Source of the DNA: Spirogloea muscicola
Lineage: Eukaryota
Direction of reading: 5' to 3'
DNA: 64,000 nucleotides
NCBI GenBank assembly: GCA_009602725.1
Contig: WELB01000011.1
Location: 1,229,361-1,293,360 of the forward strand
Shown here: positions 35,820 to 47,855 of the stretch, piece after piece
Numbering within the stretch: position 1 is the stretch's first letter
How the letters are laid out: each line of letters starts with the position of its first letter
Notes under the pieces: generated by a model
Told to the model about the DNA's origin: nothing
What the model saw: the letters and a program-made list of their open reading frames with translations, nothing else
The model's database searches: none
Program-made: the position numbers and the translations under genes

Positions 35820-38483
35820 TTATACACGTGGGAAGCTCTCTCCGAGGTAGTGAGTCCTCACAAATGGGTCGCCATAGAGAGCGTCTGGCGTTCCTGCCGC
35901 AATGACTTTGCCTTGGTATATCATGTATGCTCGGTCACAGATCCTCAGTGTCTCATTCACCTGAGAATATTACAGCAATGGTGATCAGAATCTCTGAAGG
36001 TAAAGAGCTGCACATCAGGTCAGTCATTGGCGCAAAGTCTGCTGTCGTCGGGCATTTACATTGTGGTCAGTAGTGAGGATGCCAATATTCATCTCATCCC
36101 TGAGGTGTCGAAGAAGTCCTTGGATCTCTGAGACTCCTATAGGATCCACCTGAATATTGGAACAGTGAAAGTCAGGCGACTCCTTCGCAATCTTTACTTG
36201 AAGATAATGGCTTGGAGCTATAACGTCAAGGCTTGTTCCCGATGACTACCATATGTTAAGGAATATCAGCTCACAGTACCACTTGACTGAGTCTCGCGGG
36301 ACTTTCTTACAGCAACTCTCCGAGAAGAGAAACAGGAGCAGGAGCCTCTTGACAGATGCAACCATCGTGCGTGGAAGCCATACGAGCAAGAAGAGACCAA
36401 CTTACCCCAGCAAAGGGCTCGTCAACTAGCAGAATTCGTGGAGGCTTCCCGCTGCAATTGACAGCTAGGGCCCTTGCAAGCTCCTGCGCGTGTAAAAGCA
36501 GGCATAGTGTAATCATATGGAACTTTTGATGCGGATGATCACAAGTTAAGTATCAGGACGGGTAATAACGAGCACCTGCAGTCAGGCTAGAAGTAGAAGT
36601 GCTTGACACCTGCGGAATTCAGGTTGCGACTCACAGTTCGCCTGCGCTCGCCACCAGAGAGCTCCCTTCCCAATGTGTCCTTAACATGCTCCAGCCGGAA
36701 TCCTTGCAGCAACTCCTGTGGTAAGCAGCAAGACAGGGCTACTTTTACATGACAGAAGATATATATATATCCCTTACTTTTGCCTTCCTTTCTCCGTCTT
36801 CCATGAAGATGAACACGCTCTTCTGAGCAAGGGTGATGTCTGGATGATATCAATATTAGATTGAGTCGGTAACTTATTGAGACTGCTTGCTAGCCGAAAC
36901 TGCGAGGAGATATTATTGCAGTGTCGATAACTGTAGATTTATGCATTTACATCCACCACTACCATCCCAAGCAAGCAGTTTGACCAAGCATAACCTGCAG
37001 CCTAGAAGTGCGGGCATCTTTTGATAGGCCACTCTCTTGCAGTACAAGGAGGATGTTGTCATGGACACTGAGTCCCTTGAAAATACTTGGCTCCTGCAGT
37101 TGTCATCTGACAACCAGCTATGAATTTCGCACAAGATGGGCACAAGTCAATAGACAACTTGTGGATGATACTTATCAGAGTCTTATCCGCTTTGAACATG
37201 TGCATAAGTGAGTCACATTCCTGCATTCAGCAATCAGCATGCCTGACCACTGTCCTGAATAAAACGAGATCTCCTCGTGCAGCTACAAAGCTGGGCTTGT
37301 GCAGGGGGGTGACTGACAAGCTCAGCTCAGGTAGACGAAGGACCTGAGTCAGGTACCCAATTCCGAGTCGAGCACGGCTCTCGAGGGGCAGCTGGGTGAT
37401 GTCTTCCGCGCCCAGTCGGACGCCTCCATCAGACGGAACTTCCTGGCCCACCATCATGGCGAACACCGTGCTCTTGCCCGCGCCATTGGGGCCCAGCAGA
37501 CCTACCTGCAGCGCAAGCCAGTAGCAAGCAAGCCCCTGGCAGCCAGTCAGCACCTAACTGGTGCCAGAATGGTGGACGTCAGGGCGTCAAGAAGAGCGCC
37601 AGAGACCAGAGCTCACCACTTCGCCCTGGCGCACGGTGATGCTTACATTGTCCACCACGATCCGCTTCCCAAAGGCCTTCCGGACTTGCTCGAGCTGGAG
37701 GCAGAGGCCCTCCTCTGGCTGCAGAAATACAGAGGAGTAATCAAAGCGTCAGACTTGCTGCATCACTTTTACTGCCCATTTCCTGCAGAAGCAGGCCATG
37801 GCGGCAATGCCACTAAGGGCCTCAAGGAAAAGGCTGATGGCTGGTGCTGATTCTTGCAGTTGCAACACCGGGCAACTTGCCAGTGTCTCTGGTGACTGCT
37901 GGACCGCAGTCGCACGGAACTTCCGACGCTGCCAAGGCCTTCCGCCGCCAGCTGCCGGCAGCACGTGTTGGGCAAGCAGCCCGCGACCGCCGCACAGACG
38001 TTCACTGGGTTGGCTGATGCACAGGGCAAGCCCGCTTGCCCGCCCTCTGACACTGAGCGCTGGCCAGCCACACGCCACGCCAGCGTGCATGCCGCTTTCG
38101 CCCACAAGAGCTCCGCGAGGCCAGCTGCAGCTGCCACTCTTTGCTTCTGATTGCCGACGTCTATGTCGATTGCCGCCGCAGAGACTGCAGCAGCTCCGCT
38201 GAAGAGCCCACTGAACTCATCTCGCGGCACTACTGACCAGCCTCCGGTCGCCAAGATGCCGGCCCCCCGCGACGAGCGTGCAGCCAGTGGGCTGCAGTGC
38301 CAAGGAGGGCTAAGGAATGCGGCTGCTGATATTAAAAGAGCGGCTAAGGAGAGGAGTGCAGGCTAAGTGGCGGTCCACAGGAGGGCCAGCTAGTGATTGT
38401 AACGGGAAGAGCTCCTGGAGAGCTTGCCCCTTGCAATATGCTGCCCGCCAGCAGGAGGGCCAGCTGCCAGTGGGGCATGCCAT
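35820..38483 (-). CDS. lptB: LptB-like ABC transporter ATP-binding subunit with a long N-terminal extension (putative organelle targeting peptide); 7 core exons; start uncertain
   Basis: [116 protein letters not shown]. Confidence 0.88.
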
Positions 38484-38487
38484 CAGT

Positions 38488-38705
38488 AGAAGACGAGAAG
38501 GCGCGCGGGGCGCATGAAATGAAATGGAGGCCAATTCAAGCCGATACATTGTTCAGGCAAGAAGAAGGGCTCGCCCATTGAGGATAGGGGCTGGAAAAAG
38601 CCAGCCCAAATAAGTACGAACAAAGGACGAGAAGGGGCCAGGGGAAGCACTAAAATGAACAAGCACAAGAAGAAAAGCAGCTACGAAGCACTCAGTAACC
38701 CCCTG
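38488..38705 (-). mobile_element. Family A 3' end (38490-38558) stacked on the tail of a family C 3' end (38559-38705)
   Basis: Match to the UTRs at 46433-46500 and 45070-45220. Confidence 0.8.
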
Positions 38706-39181
38706 CCTAAGCCCTCTTCTCTACAGACTCGCTACAGAAACAAATAACTTGCAGAGGCACAAGAGCTCAGGCAAGTCCTGCTTGCAAGCCTCGAGCACAG
38801 GGTGGACTGGCAATATTTGCATGCAGTGGAGCTGCCTGTTGATGCCCATCATTGAGCTCATTTAAGGAAACAAAGTGTACTCTCGAGCCCTTAGCCAGAT
38901 GATTCCATACATCCAGTAGTAGAGGCTAGTTCACCACACACGACGTGAAAGACGGTAATTTTCCACAAACAGAAAGTAATTGACCTGTGTTTATGCATTG
39001 ATCTCGTATTGCGAGTTGGTTCAGCCTAGGTCTTAGGAGTGATTCAGGTCTTCGACCTGACATACGACAAAATTTAAGAGCGCATACGGCTTACACATGC
39101 TGAAAAGGTAGCATAATGGTTGTTGAGATCTAGGACAGTGGTTAAAGTATAGAAGTAAACGACTAGTGAGCCAAACAATTG

Positions 39182-41623
39182 TTACCCATTCTCTTGCAAC
39201 TGCGCCTCTCGGTCAGCATGCTGAATGAAGTCATCGAGCGGGCTGCCGGGACCAAAGTTCACAAGATCTCGTGGGACGCCACTGGCGAGGCGCATACTTG
39301 GCTGCATGCCAGTATAGGACTCTACCACTCTTAGCTCAATGTCTACAACGTCTGTGCGTGAAGTCCAAACATTGGCAGACTCTTCAAGACCTACTGCGTG
39401 CGATCCTACTTGCTCCAACTGTGGTGCCACGTGCAAAGACATTGTGCCGAGTTGCTGTCGCACAGCATCTGCTTGCTCAGTGCCCTCCTTGTCACCCAGC
39501 CCAACGTCTTGAGAAATGTGCACGCCATTGGCTTGTCCACTTTCAAGAGAGCACCTAGTGTCCTTCATACGCCCATCTGCCTGCACGGCGAGGTCGTTGA
39601 GCTCCTCCCAGGTGTACAGAAGCGGCAGCGTGACTCCTCCATAAGTATTGAAGTCCACAAGCTTCACTTGCTCATTCCTTGTGACATATACATCAAAAAC
39701 ATCTGTAGCAGAGGACGAAAAAGGTATGACTTCCATCAGCAACATGCAGTAGGTCCGCTATGTATGTGTCCACCCTTGCAAATGCTTGAATGCAGGGTGG
39801 AGTCAGTCAGAGATAAATTGAGTACAAAGTTAAATGAGACTACTCACAGCTCTTGCATGCAAATTTATCCTTGATGTGTTCCTCGAAGAACTGTAGAAGA
39901 ATTGCTCTCAAAATCGCCCTCTTTTGTATGAGCACAGGATAGTGGCTTGCCACGTCCCTCTGACTTATGCCTGCCACATGTCCATGACCAGCTAAGCTAT
40001 TACTCGAGCCAAAAGCTTCATTTGGTGAGGAGAAAGACCATACTACCCTAGGCATCCAAGCCTTCGTGAAAGAAGTGCAACACGTGCAGCAGCAGCCAAA
40101 AAAGATTGAGCCATACAGAGGAGCACCTACGAGCTGAAGATGGCTCTACCTAGAAGGTGGTGATCTTGCACAAAGCACCTGAACTCCATCTCAGGGTGCA
40201 AGTCGTACCACTTGCGTAGAACAAGAACAACCTCATCTGGCCTTTCTCTTGAAGCATCCTCGCAGGCCTCAAATCTACCAAACACCTCGATTTGGCTCAA
40301 TCAGTCCGTTGGAGGACAAGAGTACCACTTGCTTGCCATCTTCTTAAGATTGAGAAGTGTATTCTGAAGCACTTTCTTAAAGCATCTAAGTGAATGACAT
40401 CATGGAGCAACTTGTAGGCAAGTCATCGAAGAAATTTCTGCCTTCATCAATCTGACAGCCTGATATGCTAAGACGGAAGTCCTGAATATAAGTTAGAAAT
40501 GTACAAAGACTCACGCATGACAAAGGTCGTGCACAAGGGTATCTGAGCTTTTCAGTAGAAGAATAACTTCGTCAGGATTTGTGCACTTCAAGCTTCCCGA
40601 GGGGCTAATCCATGTGGTGTCCTGAAAAATCAGTTCATTACAACAATGGCCTGTCATTTGCACGTGACAAGACATGACCATCTCTTGTAACAGTCCTTGT
40701 TGACTGTTGTACTTGGTGCTGCTGGACATCCTGAGTATAGAAGTTGGAGCTACCATGCATGGAGTTTCTAAATGTGAATGAATCTCAATGAGTAGTATAT
40801 TGAATGATTGATTGAGCATGGATGTTTGAGATCAACATCTATGATTGGAAAGAACCCTATATAAATGACTGCCTGCTTAGGTCTGATGGTTACCTTTGGG
40901 CAACTCCAGTTCAACTTTGGAACAACTGCTCCCCCTAAGCGATGGATTGCTGCCCGCAATTGATCACACAGATCAGCAAAGATTGGTACCTGGAAGCCTG
41001 AGTAAGCGAGAGTGAGGAGCTATTCCTCATTCTGTGCTCAAGGCTTCTTATGAGTGCATGCCCAGTCACTGAGGCATGAGCACGATAAGTCCAACATCAA
41101 TCCAGCAAACCTCGAAAGATGTGTGATTAGGTATCTGAGGACCACTGCTGCACTTGGTTATCCAATCTCATCTGTTGGCCCTACTTTCTGGCAAACACAC
41201 CTCCGGCTCAGCCGATGTGTCCTCCTCATCGCGTAGAACCTTGTAGTCATCTGTGTGGGCCTCCCACTGCTCCTGTCTTGGCTTGCTGGGGAGCTGCTCT
41301 GAGAATTGTGGACAACTAGGGAGAAAATCAAATCCTTGGCATGAAAGTCAAGGATAACAATGATATACAACATTCACACTTCCAGCAGCACATTGAGATG
41401 CAAGAGTTGCATCGGCATACTCTGGTGCATCATGCAAAAGGTTGCAGCCAACGGCCTGGCAGGCACTTACAGCCTCGCTATGGCTTAGGAGGAAGATGCC
41501 GTCCTCAAGCAGGTAGCTTACAAATGCCTCGGGCAGCGAGACGATCTCGCTGCGGAATGACAAGCTGCGAAAGCTGGGGTACCAACTCTGAAACTGGCAT
41601 TGCAGCACCTCCTCCTCGCGCAT
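39182..41623 (-). CDS. CDC123: Cell division cycle protein 123 (D123 family), multi-exon
   Basis: MREEEVLQCQFQSWYPSF..LPEAFVSYLLEDG; LGGAVVPKLNWSCPK/DTTWI..LKC..ILLLKSSD..HDL; LRKWYDLHPEMEFRCFV; ISQRD; FDVYV..LVDFNTYGG.TLPLLYTWEEL. Confidence 0.93.
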
Positions 41624-41919
41624 CCTGGCCGGTTATGGGAGGCACAACTCTGCCTGGGGCCTCTACGGGCTGCTCAGCCGGAGCTTTGCTAGCTTCTGGA
41701 GGCACGCGGCACTGAGAGCGCTGCGCCTCCTTGTCCTCCGGGGCTATCAGCGCGGCTGCGTAGCACCGTCGGTTGTGCCGTTAGGTCGGACCCGGGGCTG
41801 CACCACGGCGCGAGTGCTCGCGCTCCTTTGAAGCGAAGGACGAGGTTGGGGCAGCGAAGCGCACTGTACGCAGTCAATCTGGCCGCGCTACTGTACGCAT
41901 GATGATAGGAGGAGTACAA

Positions 41920-42680
41920 AGAAGACTTGCAGAAGTGGGCCGGGGCTGTGAGAGCCAGCCCGAGAGAAAGCGGGCGGTGCGCATGAAATGCAAAGAGAGG
42001 CCAATTCTAGCCTTAGAAATGTCCTGGTAACGGGGTAATAAGTTGGCTAAGGGGGGCACTAAGATCCTCGAGTGAGCACGTAGATATTTGACAAGCTAAG
42101 CCCGAGAAGAAGGGACAACTGGACAAGAAGGCCAAGCGGACAAGTCCACTACACAAGCGTACCATGCTATGGAAAAAGAGACAGCTAGGTACTCAACGTA
42201 TGAGTGCAGATAGACTTCCCACGCAACACCCAAATGTAGGTGTTTGTCCCGATGACTGGCGGTTGTTAGTAGTAATTGATTGACCCACTTCCTCAACCCA
42301 CTTCCATTACTGCGTGCCCGCTGCACGGTTCAGGACTGAAGGTAGTGCAGATGGACAACGGGTAGCCCTAGGCCAAGGGGCTGAGATAGAAGCAGCTCAT
42401 TTGAAGGTGGCGAGGTCTGTGAAAGCCAGCCCACAAGAGAAGGACAATGTCAAAAGGAGCCGGCAAACGTGAAGATCACCAAGGGTGCCTGCTCAATGAT
42501 GCCTAGTCAGGAAGTCAGCTAGCCAGCCAAGTCAACCAGAGTAAAAACGGAAGGGCGTGCAATTACCGGCGTGCGGTCACCCAAACAATGCCAGCAAGGT
42601 GAGCAGCGCAGCTTCAACGCCGCTGGCTTGCTCGCTCAGGTCTTCTGTATGCGCCTAGCAGTTTCTATCCAGCGTTACCT
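41920..42680. mobile_element. Decayed CRE-like fragments upstream of CDC123
   Basis: 41965-42100 resembles 16165-16250 and 16750-16790; 42600-42675 encodes FNAAGLLAQVFCMRLAVSIQR (family C-like). Confidence 0.6.
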
Positions 42681-42736
42681 GCTTATAAACCCTCCGGCAA
42701 ACCCTGGCTTCCCTGATTCAACACCCATCCTTCCCC

Positions 42737-43012
42737 CCATATCTGTCATTTCTGCGACGTCGAGTGTCAACCTGTCTGCAACGAGCAGGCGTATGCTCTG
42801 CATCAGAAAGCTGGTCGAGCCTTAGCTGCTGGCACAAGAGCTAGTCAATTGCCGTCCGGTATTCGAGCGTCAGCTAGCGACCTCTATGTGCTGACTCGTG
42901 GTTACTGAGCGGGTCAGCTTAGCAGCAGGTGACGTACATTTGTCCAATGTGCTTGCCTTTGTACTTGGCCACACATGGCCTCCCCATCTCTTAATATACA
43001 CGCATTTTCTCT
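42737..43012 (+). mobile_element. Family B 3' end, near-identical to 43893-44165
   Basis: Direct alignment by eye, with one small deletion. Confidence 0.85.
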
Positions 43013-43029
43013 TCCCCTCACCTTCATCC

Positions 43030-43293
43030 TCCCTGCAGGCATCCCTTCCCACACGAATGGGCGGCCTGGGCTGCCGGTCACTCGAACAGACGGCGCAGGC
43101 AGCCTTTCTCGGTTGCTGGCACCAGGTTGCCTCCCTTCTTCCCTTGCGCTTCCCTTGCCTGGCCGGCCCTGCAGCCGAGGTGGAGGAAGGCTCCTTGGCG
43201 TTCCAAGTACAACTGAGGAGCATCCGGGAGTCAGCACTCGGCTCCTTCCCGTCCCTACAACCCCTCCTCACCCCCTTCTCAGCGCTTGCTCAA
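43030..43293 (+). mobile_element. Fragment of the RT thumb/linker region of an RLE-type LINE
   Basis: LQASLPTRMGGLGCRSLEQTAQAAFLGCW: the LPxxxGGLG motif. Confidence 0.75.
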
Positions 43294-43488
43294 GNGGTCA
43301 ATCTGCTGTAGGTTATGTAGATTTTTAGATGTGCTTGCCTTTGTACCTGGCCATTTGGCCTACATTTCTTTCTAATACACGATCTCTTTCCTTCACATCA
43401 TAAATAGTAGTAAACCCGTATCAGAAGTACGTCCACTGTCATCTGGGATTGGCTGTAATGCGGCCGCAGCTGCGGCGGCGGCGCTCAC

Positions 43489-43677
43489 AACTGGGAGCTG
43501 CGGCGAGGCGACCTCGTCCAGGATCTGGAGGGCGTCGGCGATCCAGTCGCCGACGTAGTACGCTGCGACGGCGCCTGCGCTGGTTGACGCGCCGTGCCCG
43601 CGGTAGTCGAAGCGCACCATCTCGCGGCCAGCGGAGGCCGCCGCCGCCTCCAGAGCCGCGCCCTTGCGACCCGTCAT
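43489..43677 (-). pseudogene. Isolated exon of an alpha/beta-hydrolase (ABHD10-like) gene between retroelement pieces
   Basis: MTGRKGAALE..MVRFDYRGHGAS..VGDWIADALQILD, followed by a GTGAGC donor-like site. Confidence 0.65.
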
Positions 43678-43680
43678 TTC

Positions 43681-44168
43681 CACACACATTGCTGGCCACG
43701 CAGTGGGAGGTGCTGAGCAGAAAAAGCTCCGACACTACTCAGACTACCCCCGCAGTGACCACCTCCTCCCGGCCGCAATCGACACTTTCGGCTGCTTGGG
43801 TCCTCGCTTCCATACCCTACTCGAGAACATAGCGAGTCTGGGATATGCACGACGCGAGGATATGCTCCCAGCCCAGATGGTATGCCGGCAGCCTATCTGT
43901 CATTTCTGCGACGTCGAGTGTCAACCTGTCTGCAACGAGCTCAGGCGTATGCTCTGCATCAGAAAGCTGGTCGAGCCTTAGCTGCTGGCACAAGAGCTAG
44001 TCAATTGCCGTCCGGTATTCGAGCGTCAGCTAGCGACCTCTATGTGCTGACTCGTGGTTACTGAGCGGGTCAGCTTAGCAGCAGGTGACGTACATTTGTC
44101 CAATGTGCTTGCCTTCGTACTTGGCCACACATGGCCTCCCCATCTCTTAATATACACGCATTTTCTTT
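43681..44168 (+). mobile_element. 5'-truncated CRE-like LINE, family B
   Basis: HIAGHAVGGAEQKKLRHY..PAAIDTFGCLG..DLYVLTRGY*. Confidence 0.85.
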
Positions 44169-44319
44169 TGCTTATACTGTCTACAAGCTATTCAAATTCG
44201 CGGCTGCTGACTAGGGTCAACAGCACCCATTCGTTGTAGCCACTTGCATGCATGTGTGGTACAATATGCATTACAGCCCAATTCGGACCTTGTCCATGCT
44301 TCTGTGGGCTAGCCACAAG

Positions 44320-46432
44320 AGCTGATCTTCTCGTATTTGTGCCCCTCGCCATCGACGTCCACACCTGGGGCTGGGGGCTCGACATATTACACGGGGGCTT
44401 TCATGAAGAGCGGTGTCCTGCTGGCGGCAACGAGCAGGCTGACTTCAACGCCACGGGCTCTCTGGTCCTGGTGTACCATGCTGCTCTCCGTCTACTTGCA
44501 GCGCTCTTAAGCTCGCGCCTTGCATCTGCTGCCCTGGCTGCCACTCCGGCTTAGGGACTGCTATCTGGCTGCTAGCAGTTCCGACTTGCGGCTGCTAATC
44601 AGGGGTTATTGAGCGGCCATCCTTAGGAATTACTTCCTTTCCGCTTTCCGATTCTCTGGACCATGTCATCATCTATCATTCTTTTTGGGCTGGCCTTTCC
44701 CAGCCACCAGTCAATCTGGCCGCTTTTCCTGTTTTGGGCAGGCCTTTCACAGCCTTCATAGCGCTTCCCCTGGCCCCCTTCTCGTACTCTGTTCATTCTT
44801 TCTTGGGCTGGCTTTTCCAGCCCCTATCCTCAATGGGCGAGCACTTGCTTTCACAGCCATCGCCCGTTTCTGACCTTGTAGTGTCGCTCCCCCCTCTTCT
44901 CCGCGTATTTCGTCGCCCAACCTAGCACAGTCGGAGTGGGTGCCCCGGCTTGGAACGCGTCAATGAGGACACCATCGAGGAGAAGACGAGGCCCACCGCT
45001 CGGGGGCGCGCCCGGCAGGCTGAAGAAGTATGCGCGGCCAGATTGACTGGTAGCTGGGAAAGGCCCGCCCAAAGAAAGTGCTCGCCCATTGAGAATAGGG
45101 GCTGGAAAAGCCAGCCCAAAAAAGAATGAACAGAGTACGAGAAGCGGGCCAGGGGAAGCGCTTAGAAAAACAAGCACACGGAGAAACAAAGCAGCTACGC
45201 ATCACTCATTAACCTCTGCTAAGCAGCCGCAGGTCGGAGATGCTAGGCTCGTGGAAGTGGGTCCCCTGGCCAGAGCCAGAGGCAGCAGCGAGGGCTCTGC
45301 CGGCACGAAGGTGCAACGCCCGGGCCATAGACCTCTGCAGCGAAGGAATGGACACGTTCTGAAGGAGCCGGAGTGCGAAGGACTGGGACTAAAGGGGGCT
45401 GAAGAGAGAAGGCGCGCGGGGTGCATGAATTGAAAGGGAGGCCAATTCAAGCCAATACATTGTTCAGGCAGAGTCGAGTGCAGACTAAACAATGCTACAT
45501 AATACGGAGACCTAATCTAAGGTACCTAAGATGAGTCAGTCAGAAGAGATGGCCGCGAGATGGCCAGCTCAAAGAGAGAAGGCGCGCGGGGCGCATGAAT
45601 TGAAAGGTGATGCGGCTCGAAAACAGAGAAGAGCTCGCCCATAGAGAAGAGGGGCTGGCAAAGCCAACCCAAAGAGAATGGACAATATTTAAAGCCAAAG
45701 AAAGAAGTGCCGGAAAAGTACTACACTACAAAGCACGAGACGGTGCGGAGGGAGATGCAGATGGATGAAAATGAGTCAGGACGGGCGTAGGGACCCCCGT
45801 TCCGTCGGCGGGGAGGTTCGCCTGCCTGTCGGGAGCCGGCCACGTCGGAAGCTGGTGGCGCTTTTCGGGGGCGGCGCGGGTGGGACCGCCGCTTATCGGC
45901 GCGGCCGTGGGGCGGACCACCGGGGCGCGGCCGCGGCTGCGCCGGCCGTTCTACGTCCCCCGCCGTCGCCTTCCGAACGGCGCTGAATGGCTGCGCCGAA
46001 CGGCCGCTCCGCCCCGTCACCCATGGAGAGTAGTATCCTGCTTTTTTTGCCTTTTATGACTCTGCTTTTTCAGGCTTTCTCATGCTGCCTTGACAATGTA
46101 GTGGCTGCGAATCGGCCACCCTTTCATTCAATGCGCACCGCGCGCCTTCTCTGTTTCTGAGCCTTCCGGCCCTTTCAGACCTTGTACACACTTTAAGAAG
46201 ACGAAAGTGCTCGCCCATTGAGAATAGGGGCTGGAAAAGCCAGCCCAAAAAAGGAATCAACAAAGGCTTTTAGCGGCCTCTCGCAACGATTGCCCTACTT
46301 TGGACGAGCTGTTTCTTAGTCACGCAGCCCCCGGCAGAAGATTAGCTCGCCCATAGAAGAGAGGGGCTGGCAGAAGCCAGCCAAAAAAGAATGGACAAAA
46401 TCCAAAGAGCTACAACAGGTGCCGGAAAGAAG
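44320..46432. mobile_element. Dense mosaic of CRE-like fragments (E 44320-44730 +, C 44760-44845 +, A endonuclease piece 44875-45010 -, C 45072-45342 -, A 45411-45533 -, F 45625-45770 -, others 46100-46430)
   Basis: SSDLRLLIRGY* at ~44575-44612; GGPRLLLDGVLIDAFQAGAP; UTR matches. Confidence 0.75.
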
Positions 46433-47609
46433 AGAGAAGGCGCGCGGGGCGCATGAATTGAAAGGGAGGCCAATTCAAGCCAATACATTGTTCAGGCAGA
46501 GTCGAGTGCAGACTAAACAATGCTACATAATACGGAGACCTAATCTAAGGTACCTAAGATGACATTAGTACCCACGGGTGAGCACAAACAAATCTGACAA
46601 GCTAACTTGGGGAGCTGGAGCGCCGCCACGAAAGCCGGAGGCCTGACTTAGAGCGCGCCCTGCACGTTGATGAAGAGCCAATGCTTGCGAGCGCTGCAAA
46701 CTAAGCGAGAGCCGCATTCTATAATATGCAACTAAGGCCTGCGGAATGCTGGAGTGGCCCAAGCTGCCCCCCCGACTTCGACGACGCGCATCAACCAGCC
46801 GGGCCAGATGCTGGATCAGGGAGGACCATTTCACGCCGTAGCCTCCATAGATATCCATGGCACACGGGTAAAGATGGTCCCCTCGAGGATGATCATGGTA
46901 GTGCCGCTCCTTCTTGCGCTCCGCGCTGGACGTGGCCCAGCCAGACACGGTTGACGTTGGTGCGCCAGCCTTGTATGCGTCGATCAGTACCACGTCCAAG
47001 AGCAGACGAGGCCCACCGCCCCGCGGGGTAGCGACCACGTCCAGACGCCGCACGTATGGCTTGCCGCGCCTTGAGGAGATTGGCATGATCCCAGACACCT
47101 CCATCGCCGGATGATATCCCGCCTCTCGCACAATGCCAAACATGGTATCCCTTAGTAGGTCGTGGGAGGCAATGCGCTCACCCCCCTCAACACACCTCAG
47201 CATGTGCGAAGCTAAGGCGAGCTTGTCGTCGGCAATGTGGCCACACTCGCACTGGCGGATGCCAGCCAAGCAAGGGGGGGGGAGGCCAAGGTGGTGGTGG
47301 AGCGCCGTGCGGAAAAGGTTGTCAGAAAGCCGAAGGGACTCGTAGATCGGCAGAGCGTTTAGCCACTCCGACGCGCCCGGGGAGCCGATTGAAAGGAGCC
47401 GGGTAAGGCCACGTCTATCGTCCTTGAGCAGTCCCTTCAAGTCGGAGGCGGCCTGCACGTCCGCAGCGTGTGTGTAGTGAGCCTGCGCTTTCCTATCGGA
47501 ACAGCGTGCCCATGCCGCAAAATCTGCATGACCCTCGGCAAGTGTTGGTAGGGAGCACGAGAGGTCATGCAGTGCGGTTAGGGAAAGCTGGAAGGGCCTG
47601 GTCCCTGTT
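46433..47609 (-). mobile_element. 5'-truncated CRE-like non-LTR retrotransposon, family A: uninterrupted ORF (46565-47608) with CCHC-type zinc knuckle and restriction-like endonuclease; flanked by a GAAAGAAG direct repeat
   Basis: GASEWLNALP..FRTAL..LGL..CECG..HMLRC..GGERIASHD..RRLDVV..LLLDVV..AERKKERHY..G.YG..RLSLSLQRSQA..LTRGY*; GAAAGAAG at 46425-46432 and 47610-47617. Confidence 0.9.
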
Positions 47610-47671
47610 GAAAGAAGGGAAGCACACAGCTAGGCATCTAGACAACTAGACATGACGAAACCACAGGATGG

Positions 47672-47855
47672 GCTCAAGCCCATTGAGGATAGGGGCTAGA
47701 AAAAGCCAGCCCAAAAAAGAATGAGCAAAGGACGAGAAGGGGCCGGGGGAAGCACTAAGTAAACAAGCAAATGAAGAGACTAAGCAGCTACGAAGCACTT
47801 AGTAACCCCTGCTAATCAGCCTCAGTTCGGAGAGACTGGGTTCCTGGAAGCGGGT
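47672..47855 (-). mobile_element. CRE-like family C 3' end
   Basis: GCCCATTGAGGATAGGGGCT..GCCAGCCCAAAAAAGAATGA..AGTAACCCCTGCTAA. Confidence 0.75.

Noticed and set aside
35820..37720. Bacterial contamination as the source of lptB
   Set aside because: The gene is split by canonical spliceosomal introns and flanked by eukaryotic genes.
46565..47458. Fanzor/TnpB or DNA-transposase interpretation of the nuclease ORF
   Set aside because: No RuvC or DDE motifs. The zinc knuckle plus PD-(D/E)xK-like order, variable 5' truncation with fixed 3' ends and the GGLG thumb piece fit an RLE LINE.
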